A stretch of 61,829 bases of DNA, filler included, from Choristocarpus tenellus KU-1152 (taxonomy: Eukaryota > Protista > Phaeophyceae): NCBI GenBank assembly GCA_964200185.2. It is 9 parts of 9 records of this genome, joined end to end, with 100 filler letters (N's around TTAATTAATTAA, not from the genome) between each part and the next. Parts side by side here need not be neighbours in the genome. Positions count along the whole stretch, not along the records: positions 2,887 to 19,537 come from CAXNAD020000799.1; positions 19,638 to 28,091 come from CAXNAD020004691.1; 7 more parts are not named here. One strand, given 5' to 3'. Position 1 is the first letter of the stretch. Each line of letters opens with the position of its first letter. A model generated the notes under the pieces. It worked only from the letters and a program-made list of their open reading frames with translations, was not told where the DNA came from and ran no database searches. Below, one piece after another: positions 14,901-27,440 of this stretch. Position numbers and translations under genes: made by a program.

Positions 14901-17900
14901 GAAAAATTCGAGTGAGATTTAGTGTTAAGGTGGAGTTTAAGATAATCAGATGCCAATGCTCGAGTTCTTCAAGAATCTTGGCGATTCGGCTGGTTCTGGT
15001 ACTTAGTGTAATAAGTTATTGCTTTATCGTTTTGAATTGTCCTTCCACTGCCAATTGCCTTTTGCCAATCAGGACAAGAGCATGAGGTAGTGGAAAATAG
15101 GGAAATGCTGAATGCCCATATGAAGCCACCTCAATGGAGTTACCCTTTTACCTTTGTCTATGGAACACCACGTCCCTTCTAGGGCCATTATTGCTACCAT
15201 TTAAGTGAGGTGGCTCTGGAATCGGATTACATTAGCATCAAAAGGGTGTACTTGTGGTGGGGTGTTTGGTGCACTATCCTCGCTGATATGTATGTGTGTG
15301 TGTTGGAGTGTCAACAAGTTCATTTTGTGTCCTCTGCGTGTTCACTGTTTTCCTATGAATGGTAATTTGCACTTTAGGTCATCTGGTGCAAGGGACAGAT
15401 TTCCACGTGTCCTCTTCCTAATTGGTGAGTTCCCACAAGCGAGAGAAGTCTTTGTGGAAGGATCTCATGTGGTACCTGAATGGGCATTTCTTCGCTGGGC
15501 ACCACAGATGCTTGCACTGCTTGGCCGGCCTGAAGGACATGCTATTTTTCAGGTGCAAGTTAGGATTGATCTCAGTGAAAAGGTGACGGTGGTACTATAC
15601 TAGCTATGAGACTCTGAACAAGAGGAGGTTTGCTCTGAGGTTTGAGGAATGTTATTTTTTTATTATTCTTTCCTTAAACTCCATTTCATATAGCCGATCA
15701 GAAGGGTAGGACGATTAATGTCGCTTTCCCCCTTTCCCTTGACCTTTCCCCTGCTTATTTTGGACAGTAGTCAGGGAGATGACTGGATATGGATTTGAGG
15801 TCAGGTGTAAGTTAAAAAGAGTGCTTCATGTGCTTGTTAGAATCAATTGTGCCTTCCATAGTGAACGTGCTGTTTGATGATTGTTATGCTCCCTCCTAAG
15901 GAATTTTGGATTTAGCCCTTTTGTAATCTTTCATCCTGTGCAATGGGTACAACCAAGAATATTCGCACTTTCTTTTTATTGCACATAGCCCTCATATCAC
16001 CTTTCCAACACACCACTCTCTGCCGTGTTTTATCGATTTCTTGACTGTCAACACGCTGGGGCAGGTACTGGAAAAGGTAGCAAAGGCGTACCCACGTGCT
16101 CTATTTTACCCCTTGCTCATAACTAACTTTTCAAAGGGCAAGACCCACACGAGCAACCTCCAATCTGGACCGCAAAGAAGGGATACAGAGGAAACTGCTG
16201 CGAGGTTAGCACAACTAGTAGCTGACCCTTCTGCAGAGGCATTTGTTGAGGTGAGATGGTATGACATGGTTTAGTCTGGAGGAAATCAGACAATTTGGGC
16301 AGAGTAGAGATTTTACCTTATTCACTGGTGTGCCTTCTTGGTGTATAGGAATCAGGGATGGGATGGACTAACGAGTGAGGGTTGAACTGATTTAGGAAAG
16401 TCTCCATGGAAGATAGTGTGAAGAAGTTGACGTTTTACTTGTGGGTGTCTTGGAACAGGTTTCTTTCTTTGTTGTTACATAAAAAATTATGTTGTGCAAA
16501 TGCATTACTAGCTTGTACTACATGTATATATCACTTCAGTAGTGAAGCTCTACATGTAGAGCTTCTATCCCGTGAGTTTTGCTTAAGGACAAATGTTAAA
16601 ACTACGGTCAAACTGGGTCCCAAGTCTTTAATTTCAGGTGGAACTTACATGTGTTTGCTTGCCAGTGGCTATGTGTGACTTGTTTGGGTGTGATGAATTC
16701 ACCAGGAGGATGATGGAATTGGATGGGTTGTTCTGAAGTATTGTAGAGTGTGTTGTGTGTGTGCGTGTGTGATTCAGAATGGGTAGGTCACTATTAGTGA
16801 TACAATTGCATTACTGTGCCACAAGAGTATCCCTACTCACCACCTGGAAGATCTTGATTGATATGATAGTCACAGAAAGAAGCCAGCACCTGGTTGAGAT
16901 ACCAAGCCACTCTTTGCGAAGCCCGCGTGTTTAGAGGGGGTAATGTGAATGTGAATTGGGACACTCTAAATAGCGACACCTTCTTGTTTTGCCGAAGCAG
17001 TGTGACTCATTGATTGATGAGGCAATGCCAACCATCTATAGAAATTCTTCTCAATTCTTGAGCAACAGGTGCTGATATCCTAAACAGTTGTCTGGACAAG
17101 ATTTGTGAGAACATTGTTGTTTGAGAAGACAGTAGCATCGACTTGTCAACCAATGAGCGAGAAATCATCATTTCGAATATGGGATCTGGGATTATTTTAT
17201 GTTAGTACTCAGTGTAAACACGGAGTGGTGAAAAGGAAAGACATCAAGTGCCTGCTCGTGGGACCTTCACAGCCTGCTTGTGAGCCCCAGCCTCGCCTGC
17301 CCAGGATGTCTGCTTATATCAGATTGGTCGTGTAATCAGAGTATCATGGGACCCAAATCATTTAAGAGGGTAGGAGTTTTGCCCTGTTTGTCCATTCGGG
17401 GCTTGACTTCCCACGGGTTTTTTATTACTTTTTTCGGCTCCTTGTATGAACACAGTTACCTAATATGTACACAACTATGAAAGGTGTGTCCGGAGCAAGG
17501 ATATTGACACTTGCTAACAAACATGATAGTCAAAAATTATCAAAATCGCAACATTGGATTTATAATCCCTAACAGACGCAGCCCTACCTTCTTAAATGCT
17601 TTGACTCATGGTAATGATATTGTATGAGCATGCACACCATATTGTGGAATTTCAAAAAACAAGGCTTCCATATATATGTGAAGTTTTTACTAGGTTGTGT
17701 GGCCTTGCAGTATGCCCTGTGTGTCTGCCCAGTGTGCCCACTTCCCGGGCACCTGGCATTTTGATGAGAGAGAGGCACATCATATTCCTTTAAATTGAGG
17801 AACCAGACTACTTCAGTGCTTGTAGGAAGGAATGTTGCGTGACTAGTTTGTGTGCATCTACTGAAGAAGATAGGCAACAATAGTTCTCGTATCCAACTCG

Positions 17901-18351
17901 ATTTTCGGACCTGGTAAGAAAAGAAGCAAGAATTATTTGAGAGAAAAAATCTTCCACGTATTTGTTGATACTATGTGTCCCTAGCCCTTTGCTAGTACTT
18001 TCTTGTCTGTCTGGTGCACTGTTCTTGGAATTGTCATACGTAGGACTCAAGAGTACTTCAAGTATGCCATAGTACTTGCACCACTACCAACTCAGTAGAC
18101 ATGCACTTCGCTATAGAAGTCAGCATTGCTCCTATACAAACTCACTTACTCCCAATCTCAACGCACTTTCCATACCAACATGCGACATTTAGGCCCTTCG
18201 TGGGCTTCACCACCCAGAGTTGAGGTTTTTGGATGGCATGAAGCGTGTGAGGACACTACTGGGCACAAAGAATCTGAATAGAGCAAAGTCAGCCTACCTT
18301 GAAGTTCGTGAGGACTGCCTACAATTGCAGCGACCCAGAATCGGGAGCAAG
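2964..18351 (+). CDS. PRKDC: DNA-dependent protein kinase catalytic subunit, internal fragment (post-ABCDE region, FAT, start of FRB-like region; N-terminus and kinase domain not on this contig)
   Basis: 17 phase-consistent GT-AG exons: 2964-3205, 4180-4317, 4959-5141, 5782-6401, 6889-7105, 8606-8809, 9396-9548, 10183-10290, 11094-11336, 11727-11820, 12050-12287, 13190-13542, 14031-14131, 14573-14745, 15378-15552, 16065-16250, 18193-18351. Motifs colinear with recalled human DNA-PKcs: IYRKYRDGELPDIQIK (YRSYRHGDLPDIQIK), GIVLLEEALIR, WLQLSRLYAALGERDVL, LDPVASWNAIITHR, ARDRFPRVL...VPEWAFLRWAPQMLALL, YPRALFYP, ALRGLHHPELRF. Confidence 0.93.
8136..8387 (+). mobile_element. MITE family A copy 1 (intronic in PRKDC)
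   Basis: About 250 bp, homologous to four other copies. Degenerate TIRs GAGTGAAGATGTCTTAGAGGGT / CCTCTTAAGATACTTGTTC, flanked by TTT. Confidence 0.85.
12773..13034 (+). mobile_element. MITE family A copy 2 (intronic in PRKDC)
   Basis: TIRs GAGTGAAAGTATCTTCGAGGGTA / CCCTAAGGTACTTTGACTC; flanks ACT/GCT. Confidence 0.88.
17350..17607 (+). mobile_element. MITE family A copy 3 (intronic in PRKDC)
   Basis: TIRs GACCCAAATCATTTAAGAGGGTAG / CTACCTTCTTAAATGCTTTGACTC; flanked by ATG(G) on both sides. Confidence 0.85.
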
Positions 18352-18792
18352 GTATCTTGACTGAAAGGCTGGAATGGAGAAGTGGAGAGGGGTTCCTTGA
18401 GGGCGTTGCCCTTAACTGGGATATATTTTTACGCATAATTCCAATCATCTAACCCTTTTATTTTTATAGTGCGCAGTTTAAAAGCAACAATACCGATAAC
18501 AGACTAAGAGCCTTACACAATCTCTCTTCTCAAATGGTACTAGTATTACCCAACCTGTAGTGATCTTGATTTGGTTTGAACAGAGTGACCTGATGGGAAC
18601 ACCTCTGTTCTCATGTTTTTTCTTTGAAGATTATACTATCCACATCACCCAGCCCATTGTCACGCACATAATCGGCAAGTCTATTCATTCTGAGGGAGCG
18701 ATTTTGCAGCATAGCTCGACCAATGTATTCATAGAAGCAGTGGCTACCCATGTTCTATACTGCTACAGACTTCTAAGAGTGCTACAGCCTAT

Positions 18793-18972
18793 TATTCAAA
18801 GTATGTAGTGGGGGGGGTGGCGGCTGTCCATTCAGGGCCCATTTTTCCATGTCGCGATTTTGGGGTAATTTGGTTGCATGCATCGGATGGATAATAGAAC
18901 CACACTTCTCCTGGTCATGACCCGAATGGACACCCTGGTGTAGACCCTCCCCTCCCTTAGATACTTTGAGCC
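18793..18972 (-). mobile_element. MITE family B, full-length copy (~180 bp)
   Basis: TIRs TATTCAAAGTATGTAGTGGGG / CCCTTAGATACTTTGAGCC with 3-bp TSD TAT (18790-18792, 18973-18975). Homologous to 1-137 and 19451-19537. Confidence 0.85.
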
Positions 18973-19450
18973 TATTGTACATCACTACTAGGAACTAATA
19001 AGACTGTATATGACACGACATAGATCGTTTATACTGGGTATGACTTGACTGAGTTAATACTAAGAAATTTCTGGATTGATGTTGAATACTGGGTAGGGAC
19101 CACCACACCTCAATGGGCTTGCGCTTCAGGGGAATTATATCCTCACAATTACCCTCTTTTCCCCATTGGTCTTTCATCTCCATATCCACTGTCTCTTTCT
19201 ACTTGAGCTTGCAGTCCAGCGAGTGCTTTGGTTATTGAAGATAGCCCATGGGTCAGTGCCCAGCTTGTCTGCCAGCCCTATGCAATAGAAATTACTTTCA
19301 TCACCTTGACAAGATCGTGTTCAACTCGTCTCGCCTATCACTGAGTAGTTGTTTATGTAGTGGCAGACTTGCACCTTCAAACATGCCAAGAAGATAATGT
19401 TTTGACTGCTGCAGATGCCACAGGTGTTGACTCTCTTATTGCAGGAAAAT

Positions 19451-19537
19451 GGCTCAAAGTATCTGGGGGGGGGGGGGGTCTCCACCAGGGGGTAAATTTG
19501 GGCCATGATCAGGAAAAGTGCACGTACATTATCCATC
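19451..19537 (+). mobile_element. MITE family B, 5' part truncated by contig end
   Basis: GGCTCAAAGTATCTGGGG...CACCAGGG...CATGATCAGGAAAAGTG, an inverted homologue of the right part of 18793-18972. Confidence 0.8.
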
Positions 19538-20779
19538 NNNNNNNNNNNNNNNNNNNNNNNNNNNNNNNNNNNNNNNNNNNNTTAATTAATTAANNNNNNN
19601 NNNNNNNNNNNNNNNNNNNNNNNNNNNNNNNNNNNNNATGATGAGTTGGAATGCGCAATAAATATATGAACACTAACAACCAGTGCAGTGCACCAATCAA
19701 AAGTCAGTACAAGCTGGTAGTACTGAGTATCATATGAACAAGAGACAAATGAGTAGCCCATGTTTTAACAGAAGGCAAACAAAAGAAAATGAATAGTCCA
19801 GAACTCATGAGCAAAGCAAAATATTGAGGTTGCCCATGTATCTCCTGTGGTTGTCCGACCTAAGACATGTGAGTGCCCATGTTCAAATCCTCGTTGCAGA
19901 AGCCAGATCTTTTTCTGAGGAAATTTGACTTGGATGAGTCACCTGGCAGTGCATTGGGGAGGTGCACACACACCAATACCTTACTATCTTGCACTAAACC
20001 ATAAAAAGGGATGACCCGAAAGATCTGGATCGTGTGGTAAAGATTAATTTCGGATAAAGTACGATCCAGATTCGAGGGAAGAGTCGTAACAATGAGTGGT
20101 GGTGTGGCTGAACCCAACAGGGGGGAATAAATCAAGGCATGTACGGGGTAGCACAATTAGGAATTCGTTTTAACAGGTAGCTGATAGGGTAAATGAAATA
20201 GTGCTGTGTGCACTGTTAGTCACCCGACCACACGGTCAACAGGCTAGACTAAAGTGAACATATATTGATAAAAAACAAAACATATTAAAAACATTTAAGG
20301 GTCATGACGTAGTGAGATGTTGGGTGAAAGTGGGACAGCTAACTGCAAGGGTAGGGTTTTACGTTAGAGTCTTGGGGACGTTAATATATTTGGCACGGTC
20401 GCCATATTTGGCGTACATGCTCAAGGTGGTGTGTGTGTGTGTGTGTGTGTTGTCCATGGGCGTCGTGAAGGGCAAAGAGCCACGTTATCAATTGGCATAG
20501 TTGTAAGCAAAATACTTCAAGCTCAAGACAGTGAAGCTGTTTCTGTCGTTATTTTATGGATGGCCAATACCTATTCCAGGCAGTTGGTGAAGGGTAATTT
20601 CTTGTCTTGTTCCCAGAGTACGCTATACTCTGTTTAGGAAATCACACTGGACGTTGTAGATGATTTCAGCTCTATACAACAAGGGTTAAGGTGGGATGGT
20701 TGAGGTGGAATTCCTCTGTGGTTATCAAATACTCATTACTCTTACTTGTGATGCCTGAAGAAGGCATACTGTGGAAGGC

Positions 20780-21150
20780 TGAGGGTATTTCTGAGCGTTA
20801 CAGGTATGAGAGCCCACTGTGTTCGCCTAAGGTGTACCAGTATTCTGCTTGCAGAGAGGCACAACGTCAGGAACATGCCCAATATGCTATGGCCTTGTCC
20901 CGTAGATGTAAATAGGTTCGAGAGGCACAAATTATCAAAGGGCTGTGTGAATATCCGTGATGAATATCGCATCCTGAGGTGGTGTAGTTGGGTTCTGGTT
21001 CATCAACAATGAGATCGGGTGGAATGACTTGAAAAGGTATGAAGATCTGCCATTTGTCAACGGTTGTAATGTTGTGCCAGGTATAACAAAGGAACGGTTG
21101 GGCGCCTTAGTTGGAGGTTGGTTGGTAAAGGGGTCGCCTGCCAAAAGGAT
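20780..21150 (-). mobile_element. Possible decayed non-LTR retrotransposon C-terminal zinc-finger region
   Basis: Minus strand gives PDVVPLCKQNTGT...GSHTCN, resembling the CPLC-x-H-x-C finger after LINE RTs. Heavily disrupted. Confidence 0.25.
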
Positions 21151-21328
21151 AAATATTTGCAGTGTGAGAAATACAGGAGTGTAGTGTGAGATTGTACTAG
21201 GTGAGTCATGTGTAGCTACGTAGGAGATGGTTGAAAATGTTAATGATATGATTGCTAGGTGATGTGTATCACTATGTAGAAAAAGTCAAGTAATGCGCAG
21301 GATCACTGCTGTGATACCAAATATGTAT

Positions 21329-21752
21329 TTCTGTATGGTTGGTGCTTCATTCACGATTTTTGAGTAAGATGGGTGATGACATAAAGGGGAGAGGTGGTAC
21401 AACAGTGGATGTGGGCGAGATCAAAGAAGAAGGCAAGTAAAATATGGGTAGGTGTAAGTCATAACCCTAATCCTATGTACCAATATAATATGTATTGCTA
21501 TATGAGTGATGCTCGATGCAATGTTGGTGTACAAGAGGGTCTTTGGTACAAAGAGGAAAGATGCTACATTAGTGAATGTGTACATCATGAAGGAGGCGTG
21601 TAAGATAATGATACGTTTAGGTAGTTATGCTCAATGCAGAGTTTTGGTGTACAAGAGGGTTGGCATACAAAGAGGAGAGGAGTTACACCAGTGATATGTA
21701 TAAGAAACTTAAGTTCTCAAATTTGGTATTCTGTATGGTTGATGCTCGATGT
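21329..21752. repeat. Degenerate tandem repeat, ~110-120 bp period
   Basis: GATGCTCGATGCA..TTGGTGTACAAGAGGGT..TACAAAGAGGA..TACA..AGTGA occurs at ~21508 and ~21627; TTCTGTATGGTTG recurs at ~21329 and ~21729. Confidence 0.6.
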
Positions 21753-22699
21753 CAGCCATCCACTTCAAAGGGATGGTCGATGAATGTTGTTGTAGGTACG
21801 AAGGGCGAGGTATGAATGAGATCATGCACATTGCTGTAGGGAAGAATATGCAAAGTAATAAATAGAATGGTATACTGGTATATGCAAGGTAAAGATTGTT
21901 TCGGTGAGATGAATGGATGGTTGATATTGAAGAGAGGTGGAGAATGTGTAATGTTTCACAGAGGAGATGAACATGTGAGTTGGGGTACCTATATTAGTAA
22001 GCTTAAGTAGTGCTCTGCAAAGGGGTTAATGTATGCATGATATGAGTGACCTGCCCAAGACCTGGTGGGGTTGTTTCACAGGGTATTGGCAGTATGAGTT
22101 TGCCCAACTAGCGGTGCAGTAAAAGAGCCCAGTCTACCAGATCAGCCATTCTACTCGTGCTGGAAACACGTGGAAGGTGAATGAGCGCAAACTAATGAAT
22201 TGTGAGGACTGCAATGGGGTGTTGATATGAGATTAATGGGATGCAATTCGAATGTATACTGTTAATGTTGAAACCTTGAATCGATTATATCGTTGGTGGT
22301 TCTGGTGAAGTATTCTGTATAGAGGCTTTAAGCCTTGTATGTGAAGGGGAGACATAGTGTACTGAAGCACACGGAATTCAGCGCGATGAATCTTGTGACA
22401 TGCTCTGCATAGATGCAAGTTGAATGCTGTCGTGTGTTGTGTTGTTCCTTAGTGCATTCAAAGGAATTGATACATGCTCTGTGTAGAGGCCTGTTACCTT
22501 GTGAACAAGGTTGTGGATGTATCAACTCTGTATATATATCCCGTACATCCATGCGTAGAGGTACGCTTATTGCAAGAGCGTGTGCAAAGTATAAGTAAGG
22601 GCGATACCAAGTAAACAGAACATTATACTAGATACAACAATAATTTCTTCTGTAAGGGAAAATAATGAAAAAGTCTGAATCAAATTCTGAGTAAACTCG

Positions 22700-23370
22700 T
22701 GCGTCACATAATGAGTTTGAATATTAGAGCAACATCTACTAATTCTAGGGATCAGCCATTTTATATTCTCAACATAATGAAACGGTAAGCCATGCTGACA
22801 TACCGCACAGAGCGGTGCATGAGCGATCTAGTTGTTTGCACAGTAAGCAACCAGTACTAGTGGACGAATCAGCAGTCGACACTAGTTGGCGATACTGGAC
22901 TATATCTGTGCACGGAGAAGAGTGTAGAGTATGTTTTACTTCCTCCGTTTAGAACTAATTGCGACACAACTTTTGCAGGCCTGATGATGAAGAAGCAACT
23001 TTTTTCGATGTTCGTATTTTATGGGTGCATAATTCAAGCACTAAAAAGTTGCGTACCAAAACCTTGAACAAATTGGAGCAGCCTACACCAATCTACGATT
23101 CCACCCCTGAAGCCTTCAAAACTCCATTCCAGCACGATATTTCGCTGCATGCACCAGGGCATTTGGGGCGAGCTTGCCCGCATTATCGGCCTTTTCTGTA
23201 CTAAGGTAATTTTGAAGACGTTATAACCTTTGGACAATAGCACTTCCCCGTAGATTGCGAGGAACCTCTGCCAGGTGCGCTATAGTGTCTCCCAGGGGTA
23301 CACGTCAAACACCTCCATTATGGTCTCCACCGCCTGTTACAGGCGATACATCTTGATGGCGGTTTCATAA
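22700..23370 (+). mobile_element. Decayed Penelope-like (or related) RT relic
   Basis: CGATAC-TGGACTATATC at 22890 looks like a frameshifted RYxDDI. It is followed by ATFFDVRI...LRTKT (PFLDxxI...LxT type), GIWGELARI and QGY, in the order typical of the PLE RT thumb/linker. Confidence 0.4.
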
Positions 23371-23411
23371 ATGATATGATGACCTTGAAGTTCTAGATTT
23401 TATATATTTGT

Positions 23412-23671
23412 GAGTGAAAGTGTCTTAGAGTGTACGAGTTTTGCCCTGTTTGTCCATTTGGGGGGCTTGGCTTCCATCCAGGTTTTTATGACATTTTCCT
23501 ACTCCAAAATATTTCGGATTAGGTAAAATGTATACGTTAAGAAAAGATGTGTCTGGACCAAGGATATTGACACTTCCTAAGAAACACAGTAACCAATAAT
23601 ACATCGAAATCGCAACATTGGATTTAGGCCCCCAAATGGACGCGAATCTACCTCCTAAGATACATTGACTC
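23412..23671 (+). mobile_element. MITE family A copy 4
   Basis: TIRs GAGTGAAAGTGTCTTAGAG / CTCCTAAGATACATTGACTC; 3-bp TSD TGT. Confidence 0.88.
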
Positions 23672-24129
23672 TGTGCTTCTCGACTATATATATAAGTTAG
23701 TCATTATCATACCCCCACGTGGTACGTTGTTGCCAGTTCCTTTCTATAGGATAATAATTGATACTCAATCCCGTCTATGACAGATAGTAACTGTCACAAC
23801 ACAAGTAGCTCGATCTAGATGTGTCATGTGTTTTCAGCTGGACACACCTGGGAGATGGGCAAGGAGGGACTTGTTAAATTCTTGGGATACTTCCCTAGCT
23901 CCTCATCCTGGGGTATATGTAGGACTAAGCTAGGTTGGAGGCACAGAAGGGCAATGGTGTAACATAGCTGGTAGAAAAATAGTAAATAAGTAGAAAAATG
24001 TCGTTCACATTAACGACAACTGTTACTTTTTTAGGAGTTGTCCTTACATATGATTTGTTTTTCATTGGTTTTTCCCCTGATACCAGAGAGAGAGTGGGCA
24101 TAATAATATAATTGATACTCTTATGAAGG

Positions 24130-24640
24130 GAATAATCCAAGTGAGAGATCCAGCAGCATACTTGACAACTTGTGCATCAGGAGTCCTGTGCGTGCATCAG
24201 CGTCATACATCCCGTGGAGGTAAGCTACGGAGCGTGTTGTAACACGGCTCCTTTGTGTTGGTCACCCCCACATCTTCCTTCAGTTGCTGGATGGAATAAA
24301 AGAAATCCCAGGCCGTTGATGTTGAGGTCAGATGAGTTGACTGGCTGGGTCTCTATGACAATGTCGTCCCCTGCTGCCTCCCCAATTGCCTCCATGATCC
24401 CCCCCTTGGTGTGTGCCTTTGCTCTGTCCTTCTACGCGAAGATGGTGTGTCCTTCTGGGCTAGGCACGTGGTCCAACCAAGATTGCTGGAATGGTATCCT
24501 CGATCATGAGCTTCTTATACCTCTCCCCTTCTCATCATTATTATTTTTCCCCTACTCATCACGCCTCCCACTCGCAAATCTGAGAGAGACTCGATTCCTG
24601 TCAAGATTCTTAGAGACCGTAATTTGAAGAGTAAGTACAC
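24130..24640 (-). mobile_element. Tc1/mariner transposase relic, DD39D (plant-mariner)-like
   Basis: Minus strand with frameshifts: YKKLMIEDTIPAI...TIFA*KDRAKAH...DIVIETQPVNSSDLNINGLGF/FYSIQQL, matching IQQDNAxPH...QPPNSPDLNVLDLGFFxSIQ. Confidence 0.8.
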
Positions 24641-25178
24641 TCTGATCAGATAAATCGCACTGATCGCTGAGGGATTTCTCAATCTTGAACCTCGTCATGA
24701 ATTCTGAATCTTTATGTACAGGTTGGGACAGATACTCATAGGTTTGGTTAAGGTCAGCTGTTTAATTGAAACGCAATCTTCGTTTTTGGTTGGTCCATAT
24801 CTTTGTAATTGTTTTCGCCACCACTCTCATCCAGGGTTGAAGAAGATCAATCGATTCGCCGATTTCTTTAAAGAGAAGTAGGTAAATATTAGAAATGAGG
24901 TGGCATTCATTGGTTCTTCTTCCTCACAACTAAGGAACGGCTCAAGAACACTTCAAAGAATAAGTGTTCGTTTTCCTTGAAGAATCCTAAAATGAAAACC
25001 TAAGACCAAGATTTGAGGTCTGTTGCGAACAATGGACCCTGAGAATGGACGTATTCTCAACTCTTAACCGCAATTGTTGCTTGTCTACCATGCTTGCTAC
25101 CTCTTACTTACCCCTCACCCTACCCCTACTTCGTTCCATCCAACTCTATATATCAGTATCCCCACAATAACTCCACAC

Positions 25179-27395
25179 ATGCGATTCCTTCACATAGCCC
25201 TCGCTGTAGCATGTGCCCCTTCGCTTGTCTCGGCGTTTATACAACCCCTTTCCCTGGTAGTAGGAAGACCAAGATCCAAGATCCAGACTCTGAGAGCGTC
25301 GCTCGAGTTGTCAGGTTCATCAGTCACTACAGTGAAGGCAGATGGTTCAGAGGTGGGGCGGTTTTATGAGGGGAAGGAGTTCATGGTCGAGAAGGGAACT
25401 ATCGACTTGCCGACCGGAAGGGATGCAACGTCTTCCCCTGACCTTGTAGAGAACAACACTGGTCTTCCTGGGATCGAGAGAAAAGGGACCGCTCTGGTAT
25501 ACCGCCCAGCTGATACAGAGCCAGTCGCAGGTACGGGAACAAATGAAGAAGAGATCGATCACATTTTATAGTACATTTTCCCTCAAGAGTCGGCAGATTT
25601 CTATAGCTGCCGTCGTTATGGGTTACAAATGAGTTACCCTTCCTCTCTCGTCTGAATTAGCAGAGCCTCGACTTCACCCTGTGGAGAAATCACTATGTGT
25701 AGAGACTTTTCTGTCAATATTTGTATCTTCAAGGTCCCTTTACAGATGTAGGTTTGGATTTCATGCGCGGGTTTGACCTCATTTCATGATAGTAACAATT
25801 GAGGATTAAGGGTCCATATTGTGTGACTGAGTAAACAGAAAAAGATGAAGAGACAGGATTCCCCTGTCGACTGTCGCAGGTCACCTGAAAGGTTCCTTTC
25901 TAACCTTTCACAGAAGAGGGGAAGGGTCTGGTAGATTTTGTTTTTTGGTGGAGTCAAGCAGACAATATCGCATGGTTGATAGCAAATCGTCTTTCTCCAG
26001 AAGTACTGTCTACGTACTATCCAGTAGTATAGGGATCAGTTCAAGTATGTACAAGCAATGCTGTCCTGCTGATGTAGTAGCATGCAATGCCTAAGGAACA
26101 CTAGCTCTAGTATCAGCATAATCGTGACAGGTGCTTTTGTTCACCACTACTTCTTCTGTAGACATTGATGAGGCAATGATCCGATCAATGAGCTTAGACA
26201 AGCTAATTCAACAAGAGTGCACCCCCCCGTGCAGGTATTGTCTTCGGTCATGGTTTCAGCCAGAAGCCTATCAACTACGTGTCACTGCTTAGATCATTTG
26301 CTGCTGCAGGGTATATCGTGATCGCCCCTAACATCTGGCTACTGGATGTCATATGGCCTAATGTGAAGGTATTTTTTCATAGCATGCTCTGCCAGGGACT
26401 GGAACTTCAACTTTAGGGGTTTGAGGTTGGGTGGTTGGGGTCTGGGTTGTTGCTTTCTGGCGGCAACCAGAGTATTTGCCCCAAAATTTTATGTGATCAC
26501 TAGGTCATTAGAACAGCTACGTAGTACGTACTACTACTTTCCAACTGAATGCTGGGGTTGTTGAGCTTGTGAATGAGATTCCTGGGTGTGTGAAAGGTAA
26601 TTTGGTCTTAGGTCACTAGATGAACCATGGGAGAGCAATAGGCAATGGGGGGTAACAATTTGTGTATATCATTCATAACATTTATCATGGCAATGTTAAT
26701 TCACATGGGATGAAATATAATGTAACAGGGGTTTGCTTTGATTTGTAGTTGGGGACCAAAATGGCAACATTAAATGGCTTTTGATTTGATCTTGAAACCT
26801 TGTCTTCTGACTGGTGAAAGGATTTGTGTTATTGTTACAAATGGTGCTTGTTTGCAATGTGTTCATGTGTGCGTATATGTGCAAACCTCAATGTTTGATT
26901 CCATCTCGAGGAGAGGGGGAGGCATGTGAACGAAAGGGAGGATGATATGTACCATTTTTGCTCTTGGTACTGGAGAAGTAATCACGTTAGATAGACCCGA
27001 CAACCTCAAACTGATGAGAAAATGAAACCATCCCCTGAAAGAGCATTACTTTATATCTGAGAGGATATGAGACATGTGTCATTCTCTGCAGAATGGCCCA
27101 TCATAGTCCAGGCTACCTGGATAACAAGACATGGCATGCAATGTAGATACCATTGACACTGCACTCCTTGAATGCATAAACGCAGGACCATAGGCAAGAA
27201 TTGCTGTGTGTATATGCATATACACACAGCAATACGACAATCACTAAGATTAATTAAAATCGAAACCGTTACAGATGGGGTCAGGATCTTTGTTCACTTT
27301 GGTTGTCAAGAGAATTTGCACAAGTGTGCTGTGCCCATGGCAAACAGTTAATTCAGACACAAATTCCTTGAATTGTGTCGGTGGGAAGAGACAAC

Positions 27396-27440
<45 letters not shown>

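Noticed and set aside
16800-17340. Coding-like intronic stretch in PRKDC
   Set aside because: Flanking exons join in phase with continuous homology; no motif identified.
8136-23671. MITE A copies as Introner-like elements or a CRISPR-like array
   Set aside because: The copies lie inside larger introns or intergenic DNA, their ends are not splice sites, and they are dispersed rather than regularly spaced.
24172-24627. 151-aa plus-strand ORF
   Set aside because: Antisense shadow of the mariner relic.
26162-26234. Apparent exon DIDEAMIRSM... implying a frameshift in the hydrolase
   Set aside because: The acceptor at 26234 gives an in-phase splice that restores the family motif; no frameshift is needed.
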